A DNA stretch of 63,659 nucleotides, filler included, from Olpidium bornovanus S191 (taxonomy: Eukaryota > Fungi > Olpidiomycota), in the NCBI GenBank assembly GCA_017911155.1. It is 29 parts of 29 records of this genome, joined end to end, with 100 filler letters (N's around TTAATTAATTAA, not from the genome) between each part and the next. Parts side by side here need not be neighbours in the genome. Positions count along the whole stretch, not along the records: positions 33,097 to 36,062 come from JAEFCI010006276.1; positions 36,163 to 37,301 come from JAEFCI010005242.1; positions 37,402 to 39,648 come from JAEFCI010011643.1; positions 39,749 to 40,786 come from JAEFCI010001906.1; positions 40,887 to 43,741 come from JAEFCI010013349.1; positions 43,842 to 45,060 come from JAEFCI010010367.1; positions 45,161 to 48,319 come from JAEFCI010004502.1; 22 more parts are not named here. One strand, 5' to 3'. Under the pieces are notes generated by a model. That model was not told the DNA's origin and did no database searches. It saw nothing but the letters and a program-made list of their open reading frames with translations. Below are positions 34,516-47,007 of this stretch, in pieces (within the stretch, counting starts at the first letter, position 1; every line of letters begins with the position of its first letter). The position numbers and the translations under genes are program-made.

Positions 34516-35884
34516 GGGAGTTTGGAACGCCGCGCTCGCCCTTCCCGCGTCCCCCAAGAAGCGTAGGCGGTAACCGCGAGCGTCCCCCGGAGGATCGCGT
34601 TCCTTTCCGTGCGCCGACGGAAACGTGTGAACAGCCACGGGCTGGTACGTTCCAAGCCAGGGGAGAGAGGGGGAGAAAGTGCGAAAGAGGGGGATGGCGG
34701 GTCAGACCGCCGGACCTGAAAAAACCACACGCGACGCGCCGGCGGCATTGCGCGTCCCGTTTGGTTCTGGCGTCTCTTTTCCGCCGGCCGCGAGCGGGGC
34801 CCCGGACCCTTACCAACGCAGAGACGCTTTTCATGTCATACTCTCACCACATTCGCGGCCGGCTCGCTTTTCCATGCGGGCCGGGGAGCAAACCGCAGCA
34901 AAGATTTCCTGATCACGCCTGACGCGTTCTGTCAGGCCGCTACCAAACTGGATAGGTTTTGGGGGTCTTCCGTAAAAGAGCAAATTTAGAACGGCTGTCC
35001 CCATTCATTCCAAAAAAAAAAAAAAAAAAAAAAAAAAGAAGGAAAAAACGCCGCTTCGTGCGCAGGACTACGCGCGTACTACGCGTGCCCTCGGTGGTTT
35101 GTGGGCGGTGCAAGTGTTGCGAAACCAAATTCAAACAGCTCACTTTGTTTCCGATTGCGATGCCTGTAGTGTGTTTCGACCCACTGAAGGTGTATCTGAA
35201 AGTTCGGCGTAACCAGGCCATGCCAACTCCTCTTTGAGAGAGAAGCTCCTCCAAGTTGCCCCTAAGCTGGCCCCCACTACATGGCGTCTGGTAACGAGGC
35301 CATGCATGTTCTCTTGAAAAACCTTTGGAAAAAAATCCGGACTTTTGATGGAAAATTTCTGGCCGAAAACCTTCGCTGACAAACATTTGGAAGACTCCCA
35401 CGCCGGCCAAGGTGCAAGGCGGCACGTGCCGGCCAGATGCTAATGAACTCCCGGTTTTGTTCTGTATCACATGTCCGGCACCGGGCGCGAGGGGCGCGGG
35501 GGTCGTATTTTTTTTTTTTTGGACGCTCTTGGCTGCCATCGCGGAAGGGGTGGGCAATGATGACTGTGAAAAACAACCCGTCGGTAAATAATGCAAACGC
35601 TTCCTCGACTGCGCCGCCTGGTCACGGCGGGCCGCGATCCGCGCGGTTTTTTTTTTTAGAAAAAAGGCTGCGGACGTGGTCACGGTTGAGGTCGTAACAT
35701 TTTGCGGGGCGGCGTTCTTTTTCGGCTTTGTATCGCGCGCAGCGGGTGTTTTGGCCATTGAAAACTGTTCTAATGGTAAAGGGCGGAACACCAGACAGTG
35801 TGGGCGCGTGCTTTGGAACGCGCGCGTGCAGAAATACCAACGGGCAGATTCCAGCTTTTTGCTGTGAATCCAAAAAACAAAAGA

Positions 35885-36061
35885 GAGCGTAAGAATCAAT
35901 GAGCCATCCGGGAATTTGTCGTATAGAATCCATAAGACATTCATGAGCCGCTCATCCGATAGATCCGATAGATGCTTCATTTGTCTATTTTTGAAAAAAC
36001 AAATTCGCCCGATGCCGTAGGAACGCCGTAGACGATCAGCAACATCGTCGACATATACAAG
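35885..36061 (-). mobile_element. Highly degenerate Ty1/copia RT remnant
   Basis: LVYVDD, then 21 residues, then MKHL..., NVLWI and DGSLILT; the spacing matches copia YVDD...MKDLG...LGI...DGS.L. Confidence 0.5.
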
Positions 36062-36162
36062 ANNNNNNNNNNNNNNNNNNNNNNNNNNNNNNNNNNNNNN
36101 NNNNNNTTAATTAATTAANNNNNNNNNNNNNNNNNNNNNNNNNNNNNNNNNNNNNNNNNNNN

Positions 36163-36226
<64 letters not shown>

Positions 36227-36371
36227 ACCCCCCCCCCCACACCCCCCAGCGATAACACCGATGAAGCGAACAGTTGATCGGGGGGTGGGAGGTTCCTCGG
36301 GACAAGGTCGCTTTATTTTTTCTGATTTCCCGGAACAACATTCCTCCCCGGCTTTTCTTCGAAAAATCAAG

Positions 36372-37301
36372 AGTTTGTCGCGGACGGCGTCTTCTACGCC
36401 GAGCTCAATGAGTTCTTCACGCGCGAGCTCTCGCAAGAGGGCTATTCCGGCGTGGAGGTCCGCGTGACCCCCGCGCGCACGGAGATCATCATCCGCGCCA
36501 CCCAGACGCAGGAGGTCCTCGGCGAGAGGGGCCGCCGGATCCGCGAGCTCACTTCGCTCGTCCAGAAGCGCTTCAATTTCCCGGAGAACACCGTGGAGCT
36601 GTACGCCGAGAAGCTGCAGAACCGCGGGCTGTGCGCCGTCGCCCAGTGCGAGTCCCTCAGGTACAAGCTGCTCGCGGGCCTCGCCGTCCGCCGCGCCTGC
36701 TACGGCGTCCTCCGCTTCGTCATGGAGAGCGGCGCAAAGGGCGTCGAGTGCGTCGTCTCCGGGAAGCTCCGCGGCGCCCGCGCGAAGGCCATGAAGTTTA
36801 CCGACGGTTTCATGATCCACGTGCGTGTGAATTTCTTTTTTGTTTTCTTTCTTTCTCTCTCTTTTTTTTTCTCTTCCCCCCCCCCTTTTTGTCCGCCGGC
36901 TTTCTCCCTGTTACTGCTCGTGCAGGGGACGGCAGAATGTGTTTGTTTGTGTTGCATTCCCCGCCCGGCGCGTTTTCTCTTTCTTGCTGTGGGAGGTGGG
37001 CTTTCGTGCTTAATTTTTTGTCCGCGTCCCCCTCTGCCAGTCTGGCCAGCCTGTCCGCGACTTCATCGATGTCGCCGTCCGGCACGTCCTTCTGCGCCAA
37101 GGTGTCATAGGCATCAAGGTGAAGATCATGCTGGAGCACGACCCCAACGGCAAGACCGGCCCGAAGAAGCCGCTGCCGGACATGGTGACCATTGTCGAGC
37201 CGAAGGAGGAGATCCCGATCATCACCCCCACCTCAGAAGCTGTCAACCCCGTGCTCCCTCCCGTTTCGGACATTCCTCAACCGCCCGAAGCCGAACCCGT
37301 C
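36372..37301 (+). CDS. RPS3: 40S ribosomal protein uS3 (S3), lacking its first exon and stop
   Basis: Exons 36372-36820 and 37041-37301: [19 protein letters not shown]...[51 protein letters not shown]. Confidence 0.98.
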
Positions 37302-37403
37302 NNNNNNNNNNNNNNNNNNNNNNNNNNNNNNNNNNNNNNNNNNNNTTAATTAATTAANNNNNNNNNNNNNNNNNNNNNNNNNNNNNNNNNNNNNNNNNNN
37401 NCC

Positions 37404-39139
37404 ATGATGTCGACCACCACGGCATTTTGCCGGAGGCTGCCGGCCGGTTTTGACAAGACGTACGGATTCCATAACCGTCTGAGAGAGATAAGGGGGGTGG
37501 GGGGAGGGGGTGGTGCCCAGGAACACGGTTCGCAAGGGTCATTTGGCGGCGCCGGCCGGGCAGCTCCAACTGCGGCGGGATTTTGGCAAATCTCAATCTC
37601 GTAAACACACATCATCTTATCTCGCCCGCCGGTCACGAGGAATGTCGGACGCCGGCAATAATCGAAGCACCGGATTCCCTTGTCCACGTGAAGGTACCGT
37701 ATGCTCTTCCGCTCCAAGTCGCCGATCACGAGCGACCGGTTGCTTTCCGAGGAGCACGAGATGAACCCGTTGACTTCCTTGTGGTACCGGATGCTGAGGA
37801 CCCAGTCGCTGTGGATTTTCCTCTGCCCTCGACGCAAACGAGACCATACCGATAAGCTGGTAAGTTTTTTGACATTAGAGCACACGCGATCCTCCAAGAA
37901 CCGGGGAGCAACCCGGAAGACATCCCGCACCCTGTAGAAATACATCTGGCCCTTGGCCAAGTTTTCTTTCTTGACCAGCGTGGCCGGGTCCAAAACAGGA
38001 CGACCCTCGTTCACGTTGTCAACAAACGCCCTTCTGTTAAAGTGCAGGACGTTGACGTAGCCGCCGTCGTCTCCGAAAATGAGGAGATCGCCATCCTCGT
38101 CGAAGTTTCCTGAGCGGGCGAAAAACGTTCTCTGACCCGCCACTCCACAAATATAAAATAATAAGATACTTCGCGCAAGTCGACGACAAAACCTACCCGC
38201 ATACGTGATGCAAAGCGGATTGTTTTCCAGTGGAGCTATGGACATGAGGATCCGCGGTTTGATGGACGTAAGGTCGTACAGTATGAGCCTGCAAAAATGG
38301 AAAAAAAAAGTGTGGGGGAGAGGAGTCGCCCGAGTTCCCCGGGAAGGCCTGGCCGATCTTCCAACAAGGAACCCCCCGAGTCGAAATGCGCTTACTGCCG
38401 GTCGTCCGTGACGATAGCAAGTTTGCCCTGGTCCTGCATGTAGACAGCGTCAGACACCCAGGAGGTTCCCGGCACGAAATCCTTTGTGTTTATCGTCCTT
38501 TGTAGCTTCAGCGTCGGTGTCCACAGGCAGACTGTACCTTCGCGGCTGTTGCGATTTCCGCTTTCAGCGTGCCCAGGAGAAATCATCCGCCACGCCACTC
38601 GCCTTCATTTATCCGCGGGTTTACCTGATGGAGAGATACTTCCGCTCTTTCGAGATGTAATCGATGTGCTGTATCATGTCCTTGTGAGGACTGTACGGCG
38701 CAAGCTTCATCCTCTCGTCGAACATTTTCGTTTGCTGACCACGGGGAGTCGACAAGTGAGCTTTCGTCGGAGACAGGGTTTCCTCCCGTTGCGTCCACGG
38801 CGTACGTTTTCGTCCGACTCCATCGATCCCATCATGATGAAAGTCGAGAACTCGTCCCAGTCAACGGTTCCGTCTGAATTTGCGTCGATCTTCATAAACA
38901 GCATGGTCATCTGATCGAAACTGAGATTCCCCCCGAGCACGCTGCCGAACACCTCCCGGAACTAAAAATTCGGCTGCGTCAATCATTGGTTTGAGACTCG
39001 CTGCGGCGGGTATCGGCAATCCCGTCTGCTTTCGGCAAACAGTTTTTATTACTTTGTCGATGTCGAACCCCGTGCTCCCGTCCTCATTGGTGTGGCTCTG
39101 GAAGGTCTCCATCAGTTTCTCAAAGTGAGATATGTCCAT
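37404..39139 (-). CDS. EF-hand plus WD40-repeat protein, WDR49/WDR64/EFCAB8-like, 5' part
   Basis: EF-hand LFMKIDANSDGTVDWDEFSTF followed by WD segments (EGTVCLWTP, LLIFGDDGGYV, HSDWVLSIRY, LVTGGRDKM, RLWNPYVLSKP) across several GT-AG introns. Confidence 0.82.
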
Positions 39140-42100
39140 GTACTGCTGAACGTCTCCTTTAGTGCTGCATCGTGAGGCGGTTCCAAAAACGTTGTTAGCA
39201 CTTGCCTACTGGCCGTAACCGTCAGTACGGTACAGTTTTTTTGTCCATCTCTTTTAAGCTCCGGTTTGGGCGATAGACCGACCAGCAGGACGACATACCC
39301 AGCCTTTTTGCTGGCGTCGGTTCGACCGACAGCCGGCAGCGTATTCGCGTTTCCAGCATCTTTGAAAGGCGCACAAAGGCGATACGGTAGGGTCATCGGC
39401 GGAACACCGCATGATCACGGATGGAAAACAGCAGGACCATTTCGCGCGAGTCAGACCGGCGGTGAAGGGCCGGCAAAAACACGTCTCCGATGACGGCCCC
39501 ACGGGCGAAGGCGGGGCGAATCTCTACCATGGGAACTGGAACTGGCGCGGCGGGCCTGACTCGCTGGACCGGTCTTCTGGAACAGCGGCTGTAACGGCTG
39601 CGCCGGCGCTCCGGGAGGTCCAATGTTCTGCAAGGATTTCCTCGCGGANNNNNNNNNNNNNNNNNNNNNNNNNNNNNNNNNNNNNNNNNNNNTTAATTAA
39701 TTAANNNNNNNNNNNNNNNNNNNNNNNNNNNNNNNNNNNNNNNNNNNNCATGGCCGGGAAGAATCCCGAGCCCGCATAAGTTAGAGACGGAAAAATGCTC
39801 CGGCCTGGTTCGGTGCCCGTACGTTTGCCTTTTGACCGGCCGCCCGAGTCTGCTCTCTAGCTGATGCGCATTCAATATGTTGATATGGTGGACGGAGGGG
39901 TCGGGTGGGGGCGGGGGATATGGAGGAGAGGGGTGTGGAGAGGTGATTTGGCAAGAGAGAAAAAAATTGGTCCTACGCTTGCGCTCACAAGCTGCTTCCA
40001 AACCTTTCTTCGACAATGTCCATTGCTCCAAGCCCTCCCTATTCTCCCCGAAACAATCCCTTAATAAAGACCGCTTGAGCTCGGCTATCGCCCGTAAAAC
40101 GCAAAATGCGGCAGAGTTAAAAGGCTCTTGGGGAGGCTCCGACATGCGATCTTTCCGGTGGTAACTGAGATTTAAACTTACATATATATCCGGCGGCCGG
40201 GGAAAGACGGGGCGACGCCTTGCTCCGTTAACGTTTCCCCCCGGGCCCCTTGCCCTCTCCGGCCCGCCAACCAAACGTTTGTCCCACCGGAGCCCGGTGA
40301 AGAACGGACAGAAACCCGCAAGCTCTCTTCGTTCCACCCACCCCTCGACCGTGTTGCTTCGGCAGGGTTTCCCGCACCGCTGGCTCTCGAGAGCGCGTGA
40401 CTGGTTGGGGGGAAGGAGGAAGGGGGGGTGGGCTCCTTGCCCCCCCCCCTACCCCCCTCGCAAACGTGCCGACAAAAACAAAATACAGAAAAAGATTCGC
40501 TTTGGTGGGGAGTGAGTGGGGGGGAGGGAGAGGGGGAGGCAAAACCGGGTTGCACCCCTACCATTCCGATCGAGGTCTTTCCGACAGGCCGTTCGCCGGT
40601 TCCAGGACGGATTCGAACACGTGCCGTTTCGTTACTAGGCGAGACTGTTGTTTTTTTTTTCACGCCATGCCAACCCGGCGATTTGTCCGGCGGCAAGCCT
40701 TGCTTACAAGGTTGTCGGCCGTTTGACTTTGCCGGCTTGCTTTCGAGTCTGCGTCGCGGGAGCCGAAGGGAGGCGCCGGCGGCGCCNNNNNNNNNNNNNN
40801 NNNNNNNNNNNNNNNNNNNNNNNNNNNNNNTTAATTAATTAANNNNNNNNNNNNNNNNNNNNNNNNNNNNNNNNNNNNNNNNNNNNCATGGGAGTCACTT
40901 GCAAACCTGGGGAGTGTCACGAAAGGTCAATTGTGGGTGAATATCGCAAGTTTTCAAATACGCGACGTATTCAGCGGCTATGTATTCGCCCCCACGGTCT
41001 GTTTGACGAATTTTGATCTTCTGTCCTGTGATGCGTTTGATCAGGAATTAAAACAAATTGGATGTGGCGAGAATCCAAGTTAGCGTGAATGATTTTGCAT
41101 AACGTAAGTAATTTTTGGCGCATAATAAAATGTTGCGCAACTCCGTTGTAATTGATACTGATACTTTTTATTGATTTATAATAAACGGACACTAGATAAC
41201 GTAGAAGAAATAATAAATAAAAATTTCTCATCTCATCTTTGGATTTACAAGTATACACCGGTAAAATCTATCTTTTTTAGTGAATGATCTACACAGGGAG
41301 GCTCAACAAATTCAAGTTTTATACAACTCTTGTAACTTCCCTTTTTCACACTGGTTATTTTCCGTTTAACAATAAAGACCGAGTATTAGTAAATTTGACC
41401 GAAGCAAAAGAAGCATCGTTTTATTGAAGCCTATAATATAACCGGGTACCTAAATCAATTTATGGAGAGTTATCAGATTTAATGTGAAGCCCACGACGGC
41501 CTGCACATGCATTGTAAGAGAGAATTTTACTTTACGCAGTGTCAGTTTGGCGTGAGTTTAACCCCTCCGGAGTCTTTCACAAGATCACCAGACAAGCTCC
41601 AAATAGCTCTCCTGTGCCGGCAATCTCTCTCCTTGCAGGTCTCAAGCACACGTTTGCCACAAAGCAACGTCGTGAGCTCGCCATTAAGTTCATGGGCCGT
41701 GAATTAAGTTCCGCCAGCACAGTTGGCCTTTCACGCCGTGCTGAGGGCAGATGCACCTTGGTCTACCATCATGTGCCTGCCTTTTGCTTGTTCACAAGCC
41801 TCGATCACGGGCGGACCGAGAAGACGTGTTTTCCGTGCATCTTATTGCAGAACGAGCGCAAAAGAGAGAAAGGGTGAGAGAGAGAACGAGAAAATGAGAG
41901 AGAGAGAGAGACACAGAGAGAAAGAGAGAAAGAGAAAGAAGCGAGAAAGAGAGAGAGAAAAATATGAGATTGTAACTGTAGTTCTGCGTGGACATCGTGC
42001 ATGTTCGGCGTGGAGATGCACGGGAGCAGAGCGTTTGCGGTGCTCCGGTTGCCGAGACGTAATCATCGTTTTTGTGGGGGCCGGTCGCGCAGGTGTCGAA

Positions 42101-42217
42101 CTCTGCCGGCGGGAGCGCGAGCGAGACGACCGCCCCGCCCGCCTTTCCCGCCGACCACCCAACCTCCCACCTGCCGCGCACGGAACTCCCGGCTGCCGCT
42201 CCCTAACCTTCCTTGCC

Positions 42218-43741
42218 ATGTCGCCGTCGCCGCCATCCGCTTCTGCGCCCGCCGCAGACCCCGCCGAGGTCACGGCCGCCGCGCCCGCGTCCCCGCGGGC
42301 GGGCGCGGCGGGCGGGAGCGGCAGCAGAGCGGCGGACGACGTCGCGCGGCTGATTTCCCGGCTGCAAGCGGCCATAGCCTCGGTTCCGCCTTCGCCGCCG
42401 CTGCCGGAGGAGCAGATCCGGCCGGAGCAGGCGCAGGGCAGCCGCGGCAGCACGTCTCCCGCGGAGACCGACGCAGGAACCAGCGGCCGGCCACAGCAAC
42501 CCCTGGATCGGCGCAGCGTGCGATCCGGCCCGTTGGCGGCGTCATCGTCCTCGCCGTCGGCCGTCGGGTCGCCGCCGCCCGTCTCGGCCGACTTGGGGCC
42601 GCCCCCGCCGCCGCCTCCGACGCCGCAGGACCCAGCCGCATCGCCCGCCGGGGACCGGGTCGAGCCGCCGGCGGCGGACGCGGGCGCGTCGCCCCGCGGC
42701 CGCCATTCCCGCCCGCCGTCAGGCTCGTTCAGCGCCGGTCCTGCGCCACAGCGGCCGCAGAGGAGCACCCGGCGGCCCGGCCCGACGGCCAAGGCGTCCC
42801 CGCCTCCATCCGCGGTGCACCCCGGGGACGCTCCGGGACCCGCGGAGTCTCCCGCAGCGGCGGCTGAAGGTGGGGCGGCGCGCGTTCCGCTGCCGCCGAA
42901 GCCGTCGTCGCCGGCCGATGCCGACGCGCCGGACGGCGGCGAGGCCGGAGCCTCCGGGGACGCGGACCAGCTTCTGCAGAGGATAACGGAGCTCGAGCGG
43001 CGGCTGCGAGACAAAACGGAGGAGGTGGAGTCGCTCACGTGCGACCTTGACGCGGTCAGCAAGAAGTGCGTCGAGCACGTTGGCAAGCTCGCCGAAGTGC
43101 AGCACAGCAAGGACGAGGCGGAGAACGAGCTGGAGGACCTGTCGCGCCAGCTCTTCGAGACGGCCAACGGTATGGTGGCGGACGCGGCGAGGGCCCGACA
43201 TCAGTTGGAGGGTGCGCACAGGACTCTGCAGGCCAAGTTCGACGAAACCCAGGAAGCTCTGTCGAACGAGCGCTCGCAGCTCCGAGAGCTCAAAAGGCGG
43301 ATGGAGGAGATGTCGGCGGAGCACGGGGAAGATCGTGGGGGCTCTGGGTTCCAGTCCCGGCGAGGCAGCCAGGACATCATTCACAGGCGGTCGCTGTCCG
43401 ACCTCACCGGGCTCCGAGACAGAAAAGTTCCGGCGGCGCAAGGGGCCAACGAGGACGGACTGTCCGCGGACATCCCCAGGATACCCCCGCCCGACGAAGC
43501 CGTCATACAGGAGTTCGAGATGTTCGTCCGGCTCCTTCCCGACACTCCTCTTCGGAGACTGCATAGCCTGCCGTTCCTGAGGCATTGCCTGGAGGAGGAG
43601 GTCGACTGCTGCCTGCGGTTCATGCCCACGAGCCGGCTGACGACGCGGCGGCTGGTGGACGCCATCGTGAACAACACCTGCAGCATCGAGGACGCGCCGA
43701 CGAGCACACCCGCGACGCCGTCGCAGCTGGGCTCCCCGGCG
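42218..43741 (+). CDS. SEC2: Rab guanine nucleotide exchange factor Sec2, 5' part
   Basis: Sec2p coiled coil KDEAENELEDLSRQLFETANGMVADAARAR, plus the downstream fungal segment FLRHCLEEEVDCCLRF...LVDAIVNNTCSIE. Confidence 0.9.
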
Positions 43742-43841
43742 NNNNNNNNNNNNNNNNNNNNNNNNNNNNNNNNNNNNNNNNNNNNTTAATTAATTAANNN
43801 NNNNNNNNNNNNNNNNNNNNNNNNNNNNNNNNNNNNNNNNN

Positions 43842-45060
43842 AATTGGGACCGCTCCATTTTCCGAAATCACGACCCCGAGGTGAATCCAGTCCTCGAAAC
43901 GGACGAGGTGGCGCTCCTGAAGCGCTATGTCAACGAAGGACTGTCCGTGTTTTATCGTCATGTTCTTCTACTGGATGACGCAGTCCGGGACCTTCACAAG
44001 GCAGCGAAGAGTGACGAAATTACCCCTGACATGGTCGCGCGAATGGTGTTCGGAAAACCTACCACACTCGAACGTTTCGCAACGTCGCTGTACATGAACG
44101 ACCACCGGCCTTCACGCTATCTGAAGATCCGGGATCCTCTTTTCTTCAAGAAGTTTTTTGTCCGCCCAAGGGAGGAAACAGCGTTTATTGAGCATTTGAA
44201 CGAAAAGGTCAGGACCAAGCACCTCGATCTTATTTCCTTTTTGAATAAGAGCGCCGCGATCCTCAAGTTTTCGGACGGTTTGCCGGGCGAGAAGCTGCCG
44301 GATTTTTTACGTTCGCCGAATGCACCAGCGGTGCAGTTCACGGACGCTGACCGCGAATTTCTTACCGTGATGAGAATGTACCTTGCCCACGAGGATTGTC
44401 CGATGAAAGCGAACCCAGCTGCCACAATCGTCCCCGCTATTCTCAAGCCACTCCATCGGTACGACGTGATTGACGGGCACGCAATTGCCGATTTTCTTCG
44501 TCGAGTCGGCGTTTTTTCGCCGTGGGAAGAGTGGCGGAGCCACGACGAAGTTTTGCGGTTCAAGGACGAAGTTGGAGATGACCACGCCGCGCGGCTGGCA
44601 TCTTCTCCTCCGCTCTCGAGGTCCACCACCTTCGTGAAAGTTCTGGAGGACATGGAGGTGGATGCTGCCGGGTTCTACAAACGAGACGCGTGCAGTTCCC
44701 TGAGGCACGACTTTGGCGACCTCCCGGCGTATGCCATTGACGATGCCTCCACGTGTGACATCGACGACGCGGTCTCTTTCGAGCGGGACAGCAGAACAGG
44801 CGACGCGGTCATCCACGTCCACATTGCCGACCCCACTGCCTACCTCTCGCCAACGAGTCACATCTCCCAGACAGCGCAAGCTCGCATGTCTTCCCTATAT
44901 CTTGCGGATAGGGTCTGCCACATGCTGCCTTCCGTCTTGGCCACCGGCAAGCTGGGACTAACAGGCGGCGGAGCGGGGAATGCCTCAGGAAAGGTGTCGG
45001 ATTTCGTCATAACCACCACCATGCGACTGGCCGCAGATGGCACCCTTGCGGACGTCAAGG
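43842..45060 (+). CDS. RNase II/RNB exoribonuclease, probably mitochondrial Dss1/Cyt-4-like (internal fragment)
   Basis: RHDFGDLPAYAIDDASTCDIDDAVS (catalytic Asp cluster), HVHIADPTAY and SSLYLADRVCHMLP. Confidence 0.85.
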
Positions 45061-45271
45061 NNNNNNNNNNNNNNNNNNNNNNNNNNNNNNNNNNNNNNNN
45101 NNNNTTAATTAATTAANNNNNNNNNNNNNNNNNNNNNNNNNNNNNNNNNNNNNNNNNNNNCGCCGACCATCGATGTCGACTCGCCTGCCTCGGTGAGCCG
45201 AAGTTCGAACGGGAGATGATCCTTGATTTCTGCGATTGTGGTCACATCGCGCGCGAATATAATCAGATCAT

Positions 45272-46400
45272 TCACGCATGTGAATGTTGATGTAGAAGAA
45301 AAGGCTCTTCTCCCGGCACGTGCATGCGCCGTGATTGGTGTGAAAGCGCCCGAAGCCGACGCGCCCTAGCTTGGCACGTTAGGCGGCCCGCCCAGGCTTC
45401 GCCCGCCTGCTTGAGCCCATACAGGGGCTTCTGTAGCCGCAGTTCGGTCTCGGATGGCGTGCGGACCCCATGTGAGATTTCCATCCAAATCTCCTTCACG
45501 AGGTCATCACCGTTGAGATATGCGGAGGAGATGTCGCCCGGCTCTACGATGAGATCACGTTCCGTAGCCATTGCCAGGGCATGCGCAGGGTTGTCATACG
45601 CATGACGGGCGTGAATGTGTCATTGAAACCGCTCTCGGGAACCTGGAAGAATCGCCTCGCAACAAGTCAGGCCTTTTCTTTTTGACGGTTCTGTCTGCGC
45701 GCACTGGGTGCAAAAAACCCACTTGCATCCAATAAGCTGTGGGCAGACGCCCCGGATCCTGCCCGGTCTGTTGGGAGCGAGGAGATTCCAGTTCTGCATA
45801 GATTGCAAGCAGCCATTCCCGGCCAATCGGGCCCGAAACGGCCTTAGTGATTGTCGCGGGATCGTCCGGGTAAACGATTGCGGTGAGAGAGAGCTCCCCC
45901 CTCGTTCGGATGGCTGTCCCGGTACTTGGGGCCCCACTCCTGGGGGGGGCCGGCGAAGGTGGTCAAATCTGCGATGGACCGACTGGTGGCGGCATCTTCG
46001 AAGATGTTTTCTGTGTCCTCGGAGCCACTCTCCACATTGTCACTTTCCGCTTGGTCGCAGACGTTCTCTGCGTCTTTGGAGCCGTTCTAGACGATGTCGT
46101 GGTCCCATTTTTCGTCCGTTTCCCAGGCCCTTCGGCGAGCGCTCGGGCAGGCGCGCGGGGTAAACCCGCTGCGCGATTTGAAAAAATGCGCATCGCGATT
46201 CCAAATAATGCGGCGGGTCTGCGGGTTCAAGAAACTCCAGCCCGGGCGATTGTCGGAAAACCCGACGAAGACAGCTGTTTCTGTGCGGAGTTAAGTTTCC
46301 AGCCGGGGAGCCTAGTCTCGGGGATGCGCACCTCGGCAGCACAGCCGAAGACGCGCAGGGCATCAAAGGATTGTGGCTAATCATCGTACCAGGCTTCAGC
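45272..46400 (-). mobile_element. Frameshifted Ty1/copia pol remnant, from the post-integrase region to the RT N-terminus
   Basis: EAWYDD*PQSFDALRVFGCAAEVRIP; TAVFVGFSDNRPGWSFLNPQTRRIIWNRDAHF; DDPATITKAVSGPIGREWLLAIYAELES; IGCKWVF; DISSAYLNG; LQKPLYGLKQAGEAW. Confidence 0.88.
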
Positions 46401-47007
46401 CCCAAGCCCACCACCGTCTTCTATTGTAACATAATAATGAATGAATAATCGCACAGGACACGCTAATCGCACAGGCGCCGTTGAGATCTCGTGGGACTTG
46501 TTCAGCGCACAAGGCGTCGATTGCGGGAAACTTGATCAGCCGGACGTCGAGGATCTGTTAACCGACCCGCTGAACGTCCACGATCACGCAGGTGTACTCG
46601 TTGATTTTCCACGGGGCTCGTTTGCCAAATGATCAGCTTGTGCAGCCAATCGCGCATCATCGCGCTTGTTGACTAACGTCGAATTTGACCTCGGAGAGTC
46701 CATCTGTTCTTTGTGAGCAGAGGGTGTGGACGACCTTCCTGTCGTTGACGCTTTTTTGCGCATCGACGTCACAGAAATGGGCTTTCATATTGTGGACGGC
46801 CTCGCCGCCAGGCTGTGCTGGCCCCGGACTTCCCTAGCGCCGCGCGAGGCAACGCGGAGCGGACGGAGTCTTCAGCCGCGCCGGGTCCCTCTCCGCAGTA
46901 TCGACTATGGCCTTCGTTTTTTTGGTCGTCAGTTCTGGTAATACCGCTTACAGTTTTCGACGGACTCCCCACAGGTTTGCCGCCCGCGCCCCGCGTCACA
47001 GAGCGCC

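Noticed and set aside
36821-37040. Intronic snoRNA in RPS3
   Set aside because: No box C/D or H/ACA pattern visible; mostly pyrimidine tracts.
39749-40160. Minus-strand ORF (RAIAELKRSLLRDCFGENREGLEQW)
   Set aside because: May be a real exon, but no recognisable motif or secure gene model.
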